A DNA stretch of 64,000 nt, from NCBI GenBank assembly GCA_030390025.1, contig CM059449.1:33294001-33358000 (forward strand), read 5' to 3'. Under the pieces are notes generated by a model. That model was not told the origin of the DNA. It did not search any database and was given only the letters and a program-made list of their open reading frames with translations. This DNA comes from Squalus acanthias (lineage: Eukaryota). Position numbers and translations under genes: made by a program. Below are positions 13,300 to 25,261 of the stretch, piece by piece. The stretch's first letter is position 1, and every line of letters begins with the position of its first letter.

Positions 13300-13740
13300 T
13301 GTAACTTAAAAAAACCATTAAAGGAAACCAAACAACTTAAATTTATATGTTGTTACTGGTGGTGAAGATGCACTCCAGTCCCTGTGGTGCCCACCGGTCG
13401 TGGAAAATCACGAACGTGCTGGCGGACACCGTGGGCTCCATCTCCAGGGCCACCCGGGCGCGAACGTGGCCGCGGAAGAAAGGCAGGAAGTCGGGCCGAA
13501 CGAGCCCCTCGACCGCCCGCCGCCTTGACCAGTTGATGGCCACTTTGGCCAGGTCCAGGAGCAGTCCTACGAGGAGGTCCCCAGATCTGCCCGCTCCCCT
13601 CCGCACCGGGTGACCAAAGATCAGGAGCGTGGGACTGAAGTGCAGCCTAAAATCGAGGAGCAGCTTCTTCAGATAATGGAAGAAGGGCCGCAACCTCTCA
13701 CATTCGATATATACATGGAACACGGACTCCTCCAGGCTCG
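13300..13740 (-). mobile_element. L1/Tx1-clade ORF2 C-terminal fragment
   Basis: EESVFHVYIECERLRP...LLIFG...LAKVAI...RW resembles the zf-RVT/C-terminal region of L1/Tx1 ORF2. Confidence 0.7.
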
Positions 13741-14929
13741 GAGATGGTGTAAAGTGGGCGGCCGATTCAGCATTGGTCATATTTCACCTGGTGATAACAG
13801 TTAAAAATCCGCCCCTCCCCACCACCACTAGTGTTTATTGAATGACATTTGTATTATTACATTTAATTTATGATATTTGTAATATTATATTTATTTAATT
13901 ATTTTGCTGATATTTTACATGTAACTAATCATATTATGTTTATTGGGGTAATTTTTTACTCTTCAGCCAAAAAGAAAAATGGCCAATATTGGACCGACCG
14001 CCCGTTCTAAACTTCGCTCAGATTCCCTTTCAATTGGGCGAGGTTTATAATAGGCCACTGACCCGATATTGTTCGCTTTACACTATGACCACAATTTAAA
14101 ATTAACCTCCCATTCATGATAATATTACTTTTAATGAATGATATTAGTAACACATTTATTGAATGACATTGGAAATAACACATTTATTGAATCACCTTGG
14201 CAATATTGTGTTTATTGAATTATACTGGCAATATTGAATTGAAGGATTATTATTCATATCATTGCATTTGCTCAGTGATATTGGTAAGCACATATTTGAT
14301 ATTTAATGTAGATGTGTAAGTTTGAGGTTCCAATGCCATCTTATATCCCGCAGGTGGCTTATCAGAAAAGCATAATGCACTGGCCGCAGTTTTCTATTCA
14401 TTAGGAGTAAATTTTATAGTTGGGCAATAGTGTAAAATGAGCGATATCGAAATGACTAGCCAATATACTCCCTGTCTGATTTTCCCTTCTGTTGACCTCT
14501 ATGGATATGAAATTCAGGCGGGGTGCAAAATGGGCGGACGATCAAATATCGCCCATTTTACACTCTCAGCCAAAGTCAAAATTACCCCCATAGAGTCAAG
14601 TCCATTGTAACAAGGTTGGAGGACAGGGAATGTCAGCCTATGCTGTGCAAACATAACTCAGTCCCCAATTTAAAGTCATACATTCTGGCATGTATTGTGA
14701 CAGCATTGGCAAATATTCTGGTATGTTATTTATAGTTAAGTAACAACATTGCTGGAAAATTGTGAAGGTGAGAAGTAGAGTTAGTTTATACACGGGAGTT
14801 TTCCAGAAGTATAGGCTGAAGAGTTGGGCGACAAAAAACTGAGGCAATACAGCGCCACCACTGGAGCGAGGGTGCAATTGCAACATGCTGACTTTACATC
14901 GGCAACTCCCATTTCAAATGTTGACATAT

Positions 14930-15900
14930 AGAATCATAAAATAATACAGCACAGAAAGAGGCCATTCAGCCCATCGTGCCTGTGCCGGGTCTTTGAAAGC
15001 TATCCAATTAGATCCACTCCTCTGCCCTTTCCCCAAAGCCCTGCAACGTTTCCCCTTCAAGTATTGATATCCAATTCCCTTTTGAAAGTCTCTATTGAAT
15101 CTGCTTCCAACACGCTCTCAGGTAATGCATTCCAGATCACAACAACTCACGCATACAAGAAATCCTCATATCACCTCTGGTACTTTTTCCAATTACCTTA
15201 AAGCTGTGTCCTCTGGTTACCGACCTCTCCCCATATTCACTCTATCCAACTCCTTCATGATTTTGAACATGAATTCAGAGGAATTGATAATGGGAAAAGG
15301 TTGATAAAAATGTGACAAAAGGAAGTAAGAACATAAGAACTTAAGAACATCAGAAATAGGAGCAGGAACAGTCCATTCGGCCCCTCGAGCCTGCTCTGCC
15401 ATTTAATGAGATCATGGCTGATCCGATTTTGGCCTCAACTCCACTTTCCTACCCGCTCCCTATAACCCTTGACTCCCCAGTTGCTCAAAAATTTGTCTAT
15501 CTCAGCCTTGAATATATTCAATGACTCAGCTTCCACAGCTCTCTGAGGTAAAGATTTTCAAAGATTCACGACCCTATGAGAGAAGAAATTCCTCCTCATC
15601 TCCATCTTAAATCGGCGACCCCTTATTCTGACACTGTGCCCCCTCCTTCTAGACTCCCCCACGAGGGGAAACATCCTCTCAGCATCAACCCTGTCCAACC
15701 CCCTGAAAATCTTTTATGTTACAATAAGATCACCTGATATTCTTTTAAACATCCAATGAATACAGGCCGAACTAGCTCAACCTTTCCTCATAAGACAACC
15801 CTTCCATCCCAGGAATCAACCTAGCGAACCTTCTCTGAACTGCCTCCAATGGAAGTATATCCCTCCTGAAAGAAGGGGACCAAAACTATATGCAGTAGGT
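14930..15900 (-). mobile_element. Two CR1 3' fragments
   Basis: CR1 tails at ~14930 and ~15325 followed by reverse-complement ORF2 C-terminal sequence. Confidence 0.8.
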
Positions 15901-16816
15901 TGTGTGGTCAGGTAGTACATAACATTTCTAATATAATATAGCTAGATTTATAGTTAAATACCAACATTTATTCAATTTGGGAAGCAGAGAAGTAGAATTG
16001 GTTGGAGCACCGCAGTTTCTCTGGGAAATGCAAAGCTAAGTCCGACAGTGCCACCACCGGTGGGAGGGTGTAATTAAAGCATGACCAGCCGACGGTGGCA
16101 GCTTCCTTATAAAGGTGGACATAGGAATTTATAAAGGGAATTCTTAACACAAATGTAATTGAAATATGACAACAGGAAGTATGCTTTTGTGGACAGGAAT
16201 TACACACAGATGTAAGAGTTTTAAATTTTCTACTCAATTTCCTGTTGTGTTGCATATGTGAGGTGTAATTCTAACTTTTGGTGACAGTGTAAAATGAGTG
16301 ATATTGGATCGGCCACCCATTACACACTCCACCCAATCTTCCCTTCCATTGGGGCCATGGTGAATTGACAGCCCATTTTACATCTTTGAAAGTTAATAGA
16401 AGAACAATGGGTGGAGTGTAAAACAGATGCTGATTCGCTATGAGTCCATTTCGCACTACTGGCAAAGACCAATTTCACCTCGTCTGTATTTTGCTCAATG
16501 GTCATTGAGTATAACATCAGGGACTTGATGTTGACTTACAGAAGACATTGGTTAGGACACTGTTGGGGGTTTTCATGCAGTTCTAAGCACCTAATATAGC
16601 AGGAATATTACAGCAGACAGCTGCCGTTTAACTTTGGTGTCAATTGTTCTCTTTCTGTGCTGTAAATTCTATGTCCCTGTGTGATGAACCTTGTTTTAGA
16701 TACTAAACGCCATTTCCACCTGGAAAGAGTGACTAAAAAATAACTGAAATTCTCAGATTTGGTGTGAATAGATGAGATAATTATGTAGCTTTTGATCGAT
16801 TCAATTTCTGTTCTAG

Positions 16817-17092
16817 GTACTCACTATCTTCAAGGACTGTTTGGCTGTGAGCTGAATGATGCCAATCCTAGTGTAGGGATTTTGAAGTTTGCTTATGATG
16901 GAAGATACGCATTTAGTTTTGATAAAGACAAATTGGTTTGGACTGTACATGATCCAGTAGCTCAGACCTTCAAAGTGAAATGGGATAAGGAAACAAAGAT
17001 GAACCTTTATTTCAAGAGCTTGTTAGAAAAGGACTGTGTTGATTTATGGAGGACATACTATTCACTTGGAAACGCATCACTAACCAGAAAAG
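16817..17092 (+). CDS. MHC class I-like alpha2 domain exon
   Basis: ctag| acceptor, 276 nt (typical class I exon 3 size), G|GTAAGT donor. Encodes THYLQGLFGC...FAYDG...KVKWD...LEKDCVDLWRTY with the C101-C164 pair. Confidence 0.95.
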
Positions 17093-17319
17093 GTAAGTTC
17101 AGAACAACTTGGGGGTAAATTTAAAGTTTGGCGATAGTGTAGAACTGGCGATATTGGATCAGCTTCCGTTACACACTCTCCCCATTCTCCTTTAACAGGC
17201 GGCTGATCCGATATCACTTGTTTTACATTAGTGGCAAAAGTTAAGATGACTTCATTCATTCTATTGTGAAATGTGCGACTTTTATTGAAGTTGAAAATAA
17301 CTGTCGTTCTATCATGTAG

Positions 17320-17586
17320 TTTCCCCTGAGGTCTCAGTTATTGCCAGGGCTGCTGATCGTTGGTTTCTCCACTGCATTGTGACTGGATTTTACCCGCAGT
17401 CCATCAGCGTTACCTGGTTGAAGAATGGAGAACATGCCCCCGAGACCAAATCTACTGGGTTATTACCCAATGAAGAATGGACGTATCAACTGACGACAAC
17501 CCTTGAATTTGATCCGTATGATGGGAAACAATACACCTGTCATATTGAGCACAGCAGCTTGCCGGGTGGGAAAACAGTCTCCTGGG
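17320..17586 (+). CDS. MHC class I-like alpha3 (Ig C1-set) exon
   Basis: gtag| acceptor, 267 nt, G|GTAAGG donor. Encodes (V)SPEVSV...LHCIVTGFYPQSISVTW...LLPN..TYQ...YTCHIEHSSL...W. Confidence 0.95.
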
Positions 17587-18943
17587 GTAAGGACATGAGC
17601 AGCGATACTGAACAATCCATCAATAATAGCAACAACACCCACACCTGTCTTGCTCTTTCTCTCTTTTTCTTTACACATCAGACAACACTTTGGTTATCTC
17701 TGTACTTCAGGTTGTCTGTGACTGTTCCTCATTCGTTCTCTCTCTTTTAGTCCATTTCTGTTATCTTCTGACTCTTCCATAATCTGCACCCACCCCTCCT
17801 TGTGTGCTTCTCGCACACTTGCTTTCTCTCTATATCTTTCCCATTGCTTCTTGCTGTCTATCTCCACTCTGTACCCACACCCCACACACACCGCACGGTC
17901 TCAGAATTAGATAACAAATGAATCTCTGTACACAGTCTATCTGGGTTAGAGAATGGATTAATCTGCATTCACCACCCACTCTCAGACATCAGACTCTTTA
18001 TTTGCCCGACTTGCTGTTGCTTCACTCTTTGTTTCTGCTTTTTCATTGTTGTTCCGTTTCACTGTGGTGATGGATGTGCTCGGTTTCTGAGCTGGAACTT
18101 TTGCTCTGTGCTGAGCTATTTCACTCTCAGCCTCAGTGTGTTTTTGCTTCTCTTGTGTCTTTGTTGAGGTGGGGAATGAGGTGACGGGTCACTTTGGGAT
18201 ATGAGAGGAGGAGTGGGGAAGTGTTGTGAGGAAAGGTCATTAAAATGTAGTGCAGTGGGGGGAGGGGTGATAAAATAACGCGGCCTGGCGGCAAGGGTGG
18301 GTCTGAAGCTGGGCTCCTGAGGCGGGGATGGGCCGAAGTCCTCTGGGAGCTGCAGGCAGGGAAGGTGGGGGCGGTGGGCTTTGCCCAGAAAGAAAGAATC
18401 TGCAGCAAGAATGAAGGTTGGGACAGGCGTGGCGGGTGGTGGACCCCAGGAATCAGCCTAGAAATTGCTGTTGGTGATTACCAGGGTCACCAAATGTCTC
18501 CAGGGGAACCTCCTGCTATTGGTTTAGACACAGCGGGGTAGATTTCCAACCTGCCGCCCGGGTGTAAAACCGGAGTTGCCTCCAATGGGAATGAAAAGCG
18601 GGCAGTTTGTGTGACAGGCGGCTGATCCACAGCAGAAGGCTCACACCAGAGCGGCACGGTGAAAATCTACCACAAATTGTTTAATAGATAACGGTGCTGC
18701 TCATTCAGGTCTCTCCATGGAAACGTGCCTCCCTCAGGGGAGCAGGTAGGATGATCCTTCTGATCTGGAAATGTATTTCTGGTCGGTTACTGCGCTGATC
18801 CTCTGCTGAGGGCAATTTCCAGATGCTGTGGCCCAACCTGTGCAGTACCCAGTTGTTTATAACAATCCCTTGAATTAGAAAATCGGTTCATTAAAGTCAG
18901 TTTTATAAGCTGCATATACACAGCTTCATATAATCAGATCTGT

Positions 18944-19432
18944 NNNNNNNNNNNNNNNNNNNNNNNNNNNNNNNNNNNNNNNNNNNNNNNNNNNNNNNNN
19001 NNNNNNNNNNNNNNNNNNNNNNNNNNNNNNNNNNNNNNNNNNNNNNNNNNNNNNNNNNNNNNNNNNNNNNNNNNNNNNNNNNNNNNNNNNNNNNNNNNNN
19101 NNNNNNNNNNNNNNNNNNNNNNNNNNNNNNNNNNNNNNNNNNNNNNNNNNNNNNNNNNNNNNNNNNNNNNNNNNNNNNNNNNNNNNNNNNNNNNNNNNNN
19201 NNNNNNNNNNNNNNNNNNNNNNNNNNNNNNNNNNNNNNNNNNNNNNNNNNNNNNNNNNNNNNNNNNNNNNNNNNNNNNNNNNNNNNNNNNNNNCGCTCNN
19301 NNNNNNNNNNNNNNNNNNNNNNNNNNNNNNNNNNNNNNNNNNNNNNNNNNNNNNNNNNNNNNNNNNNNNNNNNNNNNNNNNNNNNNNNNNNNNNNNNNNN
19401 NNNNNNNNNNNNNNNNNNNNNNNNNNNNNNNN
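18944..19432. other. Assembly gap (N run)
   Basis: Run of n with a 5-base island; lies in intron 4 of the MHC class I-like gene. Confidence 1.
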
Positions 19433-20449
19433 NCCCTATCTGTGTTTCTATCTCTCTATATATTTCTCTCTCGATTTCGATCTGAATATTTTGAAAATGT
19501 TGAGTGTGGTCAAGTTTCCAAAGCTGCTGCTCCAATCCAACAACATTAGGTGACAGATTGAAAATGATAGGGTTCCGCCTATTGTTGAACGATACCAGAA
19601 AGCTGCCTTTGCAGTATATTGAGAGCTCGAATTAAAGAAACGGAGTCTGTATGCAGTTACAGAATCGGACCACTGAGTGTCACTGTGGAGCATTCAGGGT
19701 TTTGGAGACAGCAGTCATGTTGCTATCGTTAAGTAAAAGAAGGTAAACATTTAACTATCTGAATTAAATGTAAACTTTTATGTAGATAATTTGCTTATTT
19801 ACAATTCTCATGAGCGGAAGTCTTGCACCTTGAGCTCCCTCTCATCACACGGAGCTGTGGGGACGGTCAGAAGCTCGATCCCCCAGCCCTGGGAGCTGCC
19901 ACAGTGGCATCATCTATTCAACTGCCATTACTTACCCCTCATATTGCCCCTTTCACCAGTCCCGCAGACACAGGCCTCTGCTAGTTTCCTACATGGCTCC
20001 CCTTACACAGCGATCCATGGGGGGTTGCAGGAGAGGGGACAGCTGGTTTTCCCTCTGCCTCGCTGGGCACCACGACCACAACCCTTTTCCATTGTCCTCC
20101 CCGCTGCACATTCCTATCGCTGGCCCAGCCCCGATCAGTCTAAAAACCATGCTTCACTCTTCACAGCCGTTACTCCTCCCCCCACCTACCCTGACACCTT
20201 TACAGCCTGACCACCTCTCGTTGACTAGAACCTGTGTTTATTCACAAAAAGTGAACTTTGTGGTTTTAAAGAAACCTGGCTCCACCTTAGTGAAATAATA
20301 CATTGTGCATTATATGGTGTGAGGATACTGTCCATAGAAAACAGCTCATCATCCTGCTTACCATGAGCAGGGCCATAGGTTTCCACTGATTATATATAAA
20401 ACTGTCAATCCGCACATATAATTATACAAAACTTGCTAATATTTTTCAG

Positions 20450-20557
20450 ATGGAAAAGTAGAGAAAGACAAGCATGTGGGGCTGATTGTCGTGTGTGTGC
20501 TGGTGTCGCTGGCTTTCGTTATAGTTTTAATCTGTATTTGGAGGAGAAAACGGAGAG
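20450..20557 (+). CDS. MHC class I-like connecting peptide/transmembrane exon
   Basis: tttttcag| acceptor, 108 nt, phase 1-1. Encodes (D)GKVEKDKHVGLIVVCVLVSLAFVIVLICIWRRKRR: hydrophobic helix plus basic stop-transfer; donor G|GTAAAT. Confidence 0.9.
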
Positions 20558-20671
20558 GTAAATCGAGAGAATATGCTGCAGGCTTGTTTGTAAAAGTATG
20601 ACACAGCGGCTTTACAGAAAATCTTTTGGCCGGCCCCAGGATTATATTTTGAATTTTAAATATCTGTTATA

Positions 20672-20957
20672 AAAAAAAAAACTTGCATTTATATCGCGCG
20701 CCTTTCACGACCTCAGGACGTCCCAAAGCGCTTTACAACCAATGAAGTGCTTTCTTTAGAAGTGTAGTCACTGTTGTAATGTAGGAAACGCGGCAGCCAA
20801 GTTGCGCACAGGGATCTTTTACATCCACCTGAGAGGGCAGATTGGGTCTCGGTTTAACGTCCCATCTAAAGATGGCACCACCGACAGGGCAGCTCTCCCT
20901 CAGCACTGCACTGGTGTGTCAGTCTAGATTTTACTGCTCAAGTCTCTGGAGTGGGAT
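20672..20957 (-). mobile_element. SacSINE1/DeuSINE-like SINE (partial)
   Basis: Minus strand reads TCCCACTCCAGAGACTTGAGC...CTGACAC.CAGTGCAGTGCTGAGGGAG...GACGTTAAACCGAG...GGATGTAAAAGATCCC...ATAAATGCAAG. Recognised from memory as the shark Deu-domain SINE. Confidence 0.65.
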
Positions 20958-21019
20958 TAAATTGGTTAATTTGTTAACTTCTGTAAGAACAACTGGAATT
21001 TTATCGAGGAAAAGTTACT

Positions 21020-21650
21020 AATGGAATTTTAAGTTTAAACAAACGAGGTACAGAACGTAACTGCCAAGAAGTAAATATGAGCCTCTATAAAACCTTAAGA
21101 CCGGAGTTAGAACACTGTGTGCAGTATAGAATTTCACGCGATAGGGGGGATATTGAGCTTTAGAGAAGCTACAAGGTGGATTCACTAGGATGCTGCCCGA
21201 TAGAAGGAAACACAAATACAAGGAAAAACTTGGAAAATGCGCATTTTTATTAGAAAAATGCATATTACGGGTGATATAATAGAAGTGTTTAAAATGATGG
21301 AAGGATGGCTCAGGATAGATAGAAGCATACTGTTTCCAGTAGTTGAGGGTCAAGAATGAAGGGTTATAGATACCAGATTAAATTTTAGAGATTTAGAACA
21401 GAGGGTAGGAGACGATTATTTTCACAGAGCGTTGTGAGGCTGTGGAATCCACTTCTAGTGATAGAGGTTGAGGCAGAAACTATGGCAACATTTAAGATTA
21501 GATTGAGAAGTTGGACAAAGGGAAAAGGGGTTTAAGGGATATGAGAACAGGGTGGGTAAATGTGATTAGTAATATTTACTGGTGTGGAGAGTAAATGCCG
21601 ATACGCACTGGTTCGGACAAAGGATCTCTTTCCATGTTGTAACTTCTACT
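21020..21650 (+). mobile_element. Old CR1 3' fragment
   Basis: Degenerate LYKTL.RP.LE.C, FTRMLP and F.QSVVRLWN motifs. Confidence 0.7.
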
Positions 21651-21716
21651 TTATTCGATATGCACGTGTCCCAAGTGTAGTGAAATTAAAATCCAGTTCT
21701 TTATTAACAAATTTAG

Positions 21717-21868
21717 GGGGTGAAATTGGGCGATAACACAAAATAGCCACTAGTGAATCGGCTGCCATTTCATTGAAGTCAATAGAAAAGCCCATGGGGT
21801 AGGTGTGAAACTGGCTGGTGATTCGCTATCGCCATTTGTCGCTACGGCCTGAGCCCAATTTCACCCCA
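21717..21868. mobile_element. Short TIR MITE, family B (representative; similar copies near 7489, 12710, 12933, 13945, 14403, 16262, 17112, 18536, 22670, 32960, 61120)
   Basis: GGGGTGAAATTGGG ... CCCAATTTCACCCC termini, internal CATTGAAGTCAAT motif and quasi-palindromic body. Confidence 0.7.
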
Positions 21869-21884
21869 TTAAGTTTTGTAACAG

Positions 21885-21913
21885 GTGGCCCACACATGAA
21901 AACTTTCCCCATG
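21885..21913 (+). CDS. Candidate 29-nt cytoplasmic micro-exon of the MHC class I-like gene
   Basis: acag|GT GGC CCA CAC ATG AAA ACT TTC CCC ATG|gtaaca. Converts phase 1 to phase 0 and puts the next exon into a Ser/Thr-rich frame. Weak polypyrimidine tract. Confidence 0.45.
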
Positions 21914-22045
21914 GTAACACCATCAGCATCAACATGAATTTATGTTTGATTGATATGTTAAGACGGAAGCATACGTGCTAATAACCTTTATTACCAATAC
22001 CATCGTATTATTACAAGCGTTCTCTCTGAACATGTTTCTTTTCAG

Positions 22046-22189
22046 AACAAGGCAGACATTTCAAATACTTCCTTAAGCAGCACCACCAACTCCTGCAATT
22101 CAAAAAAACCCAGGTTTAAGAAAGGAGGTCAGCATCACAGTCCATGGAAAGGGTCATTTCCTCTGGAACGTTTTAAAGGCGAACCTTAA
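22046..22189 (+). CDS. Terminal cytoplasmic-tail exon of the MHC class I-like gene
   Basis: Strong acceptor tgtttcttttcag|. Phase-0 frame gives NKADISNTSLSSTTNSCNSKKPRF...GEP* (stop ends 22189); phase-1 frame gives EQGRHFKYFLKQHHQLLQFKKTQV* (stop ends 22119). Confidence 0.6.
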   Translation, partial: NKADISNTSLSSTTNSCNSKKPRFKKGGQHHSPWKGSFPLERFKGEP

Positions 22190-23364
22190 CTCCTAGTGGT
22201 GAATGAAAGGGGGCTGACAGGACACAGATCCACACTCATTGTCTCAGTGACAATGCAAGTTTAATAACCTTCCTGATTCAGTATTGTAGCGAGTACTTTA
22301 TCTTCCCACAGGCCACATTCATACTGCAGCCTGAGGATCCCTGAGGGATGGTTTGGCTTAACGCCAGATGTTTTAGTGTAAATCCAGACTCAGGACCCCA
22401 CCTGGCTACCAGGTGAAGTAGAGGGAGACTGCCTCCTCCAGAATATCCCTTCGCACCAAATCTAATGTTATTATGTAAATGGTTTCCGAGTGGCATTAAG
22501 ATAAAAGGTGGAAATATAATCAGAAGATCACAAAGCAGACTGGAACTCCCAGGTGTTAAACACCTTCCGTCAGATTTCATTTCCCGGAGTGCCCCATTAA
22601 GGCAAATATTGTCCGTCCCTACTGTGGTCATTGCACCTTCATAGGGGCAGGAAAGGGTGGAGAGTCATTGGGTGTCATTTTCAGATTAGGAGATAGTGTA
22701 AAACAGGCGTCATCGGATCAGCGACCCGTTACACAACTCTCCCAACTTTCCTTCCCATTGATCTCAAGGAAAGGACAATCGGGAGAGGTGTATAACAGAT
22801 ACCCGACCCGATAACGTCCATTTTACATTAACGCCAACAATTAAAATGACCTCCATTGGGGTATAAATTTGTCTTGCGCAGTACTTCAAATCGGGAGGGA
22901 GTGCCCTGGCAGCAAAATGGGAGTGAGCCACTTGGCAACTAAATGGGAGAGAGCAACTTGGAGGCAAATTGGGCGACAGCGACTTGGCAGCCGGGCAGTC
23001 CGGAGGGCAAACAGGTCTCTCCGGTTTCATCGCCTGTGGAACTGACTGGAACCTGCACAACATTAACGGAACGATAAGGCTACCGGCCTCCAGGGGAAGG
23101 TAGTGAGAATCGACCGCTCTTTAGGCCCGCTACTCCTGTGCACTAAACTAACTGCCTCTGAGCTACCTATAAGGGGAAGAACCATGAAAAGAGAATGAAC
23201 AAGTCACTTGATTCTCTGTACTGTGCTCTGCACCTTCATCTCGGGATTGTCTAACATATGGATTTCACTCCCTAGATTACAACGGTGTTTAACCAGAACC
23301 TGAGAGGGTCAAACGCGAGTCTTGCATTGGATCCAAGAACACACTGAAATAATCATCGTGAATC

Positions 23365-24330
23365 CTAGGAACATATGAACATAGGAATTGGAGGAGGCCA
23401 TTTAGCCCCTGGAGCCTGCTCCGCCATTCAATGAGTTTCTGGCTGATCTGTGACCTAACTCCATATACCCACCTTTGACCCATATCTCTTAATACCTGTG
23501 GTTAACAGAAAGCTATCAAGCTACGATTTAAAATTAACAATTACTCTTGCATCAATTGCCGTTTGCGGCACACTGTTCCAAACTTCTACCAGCCTTTGTG
23601 TGTAGAAGTGTTTACTAATTTCACTCCTGAAAGATCTGGCTCTATTTTTTAGATTATGCCCCCTAGTCCTAGAATTCCTAACCAGTGGAAATAGTTTTTC
23701 TCTATATACCCTATCTGTATCACTTAATACCTTGAAAACTTCGATCAGATCATCTCTTAACCTTCTAAATTCTAGGGAATACAAACCTAATTTGTGTTAT
23801 CTCTCCTCGTAACTTAACCCTTGAAGTCTGGGTATCATTCTGGTAAACCTATACTGCACTCCCTGCAAGGCCAATAAGTGCTTCCTAAGGTGTGTGGCCC
23901 AGAACTGCTCACAATACTCCAGGTGTGGTCTAACTAGGGTTTTGTATAGCTGCAGCATAACTTCTACCCCTTGTATTTTAGTCCTCTAGGTATAAAGGCC
24001 AGCATCCCATTAGCCTTTTAGTTTATTGTCTGTAACTGTTGATGACATTTTAATGATCTACGTACCTGGACGCCAATGTCTCTTTGGACCTCCACTGTTT
24101 GTAGCATTCACTATTTAGAAAGTACCCTGATCTATCCTTTTTAGGTCAAAAGTGAATGAGCTCACATTTACCTACAATAAAATCCATTTGCCACAGTTTT
24201 GGCCGTTCACTCAATCTGTCGATATCCCTTTGTAATTTTATGCTTCCATCTACAATGCATACAATTTCAACTATCTTTGTGTCGTCGGCAAATTTGGATA
24301 TATGTCTTTCTATGTATTCATCTAAGTGCA
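23365..24330 (-). mobile_element. CR1 3' fragment
   Basis: [39 protein letters not shown]. Confidence 0.88.
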
Positions 24331-25261
24331 ATTGCTTTATTACTGAAACAACTCAATTTGCATAAACATTTCACCCCTGACTTATATTTCAGTCACTTTA
24401 TCAAAATATTACTAACTTGTTTAACATTTAAGGAACATTGTCAAATCACATCTACAATTGCGCAAACTGGCGCTTTAGACATTACATAAAGGCGGCACGG
24501 AATAAAGGCACGCCAGGGATTTTAAAACATGCTTTGTTATTATTTATACCTTCCTAATTAGTACAATTGACTCCAACATTGGCCTCAGGTCGACACATCT
24601 CCACTTGTGAGTAGAAACAGTGCCTGCAAACACTGTTCAATTACTGGAAAGACAGCCGAGACCCATCCTGTCCACACACTCACATTTCACCAGCAGCATC
24701 GCCAACACAGTGGTCCGGAGCAAATCCCGAGGCCACTTCTCCCTCTGTAACTGAAGGGAGCGAAGCCAGTGTAATACTCTGCTGCTAACCCTGTGGTTAC
24801 AATGGGAATGAGAATAAGACGGTTTCTATCACCGGTGGACAATCTGCAACATCGGTTTCAGGCCCCTGCGGCAAGATGAAAATCTTCGCCAGAGTCAAGT
24901 TGAAAGTTACAATATCACACAACTAAAAAGGGATTTAGGAAACCTTTTGCAGGGAACTCTCCACTTAGGCGTGGAGCAAAATGGGGAGAATTGGATCACC
25001 TGTTGTCTATAAACGCCATTGACCTCGCTCCCGCCAGAGGTGAAATTTCTATCGACCGGGGGTGAAATTCACCTTCAGCAGCGGCGCAAAACAGGCGGCA
25101 GCAGGTCGGCCGCTCATTACACACCCTCCCGACTTTCCTCTCCATTAAACTATACCGAAAATAACATCGTGTTGGGCGAATAACAGGCGGCTGATCGGCT
25201 GCTGCCCGTGCTGAATAATTAAGATGGAAGCGAGTTTGAATTCTTTGTATTCAGCTCTGGT

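Noticed and set aside
18903-19535. 210-aa ORF
   Set aside because: Artefact of the N gap.
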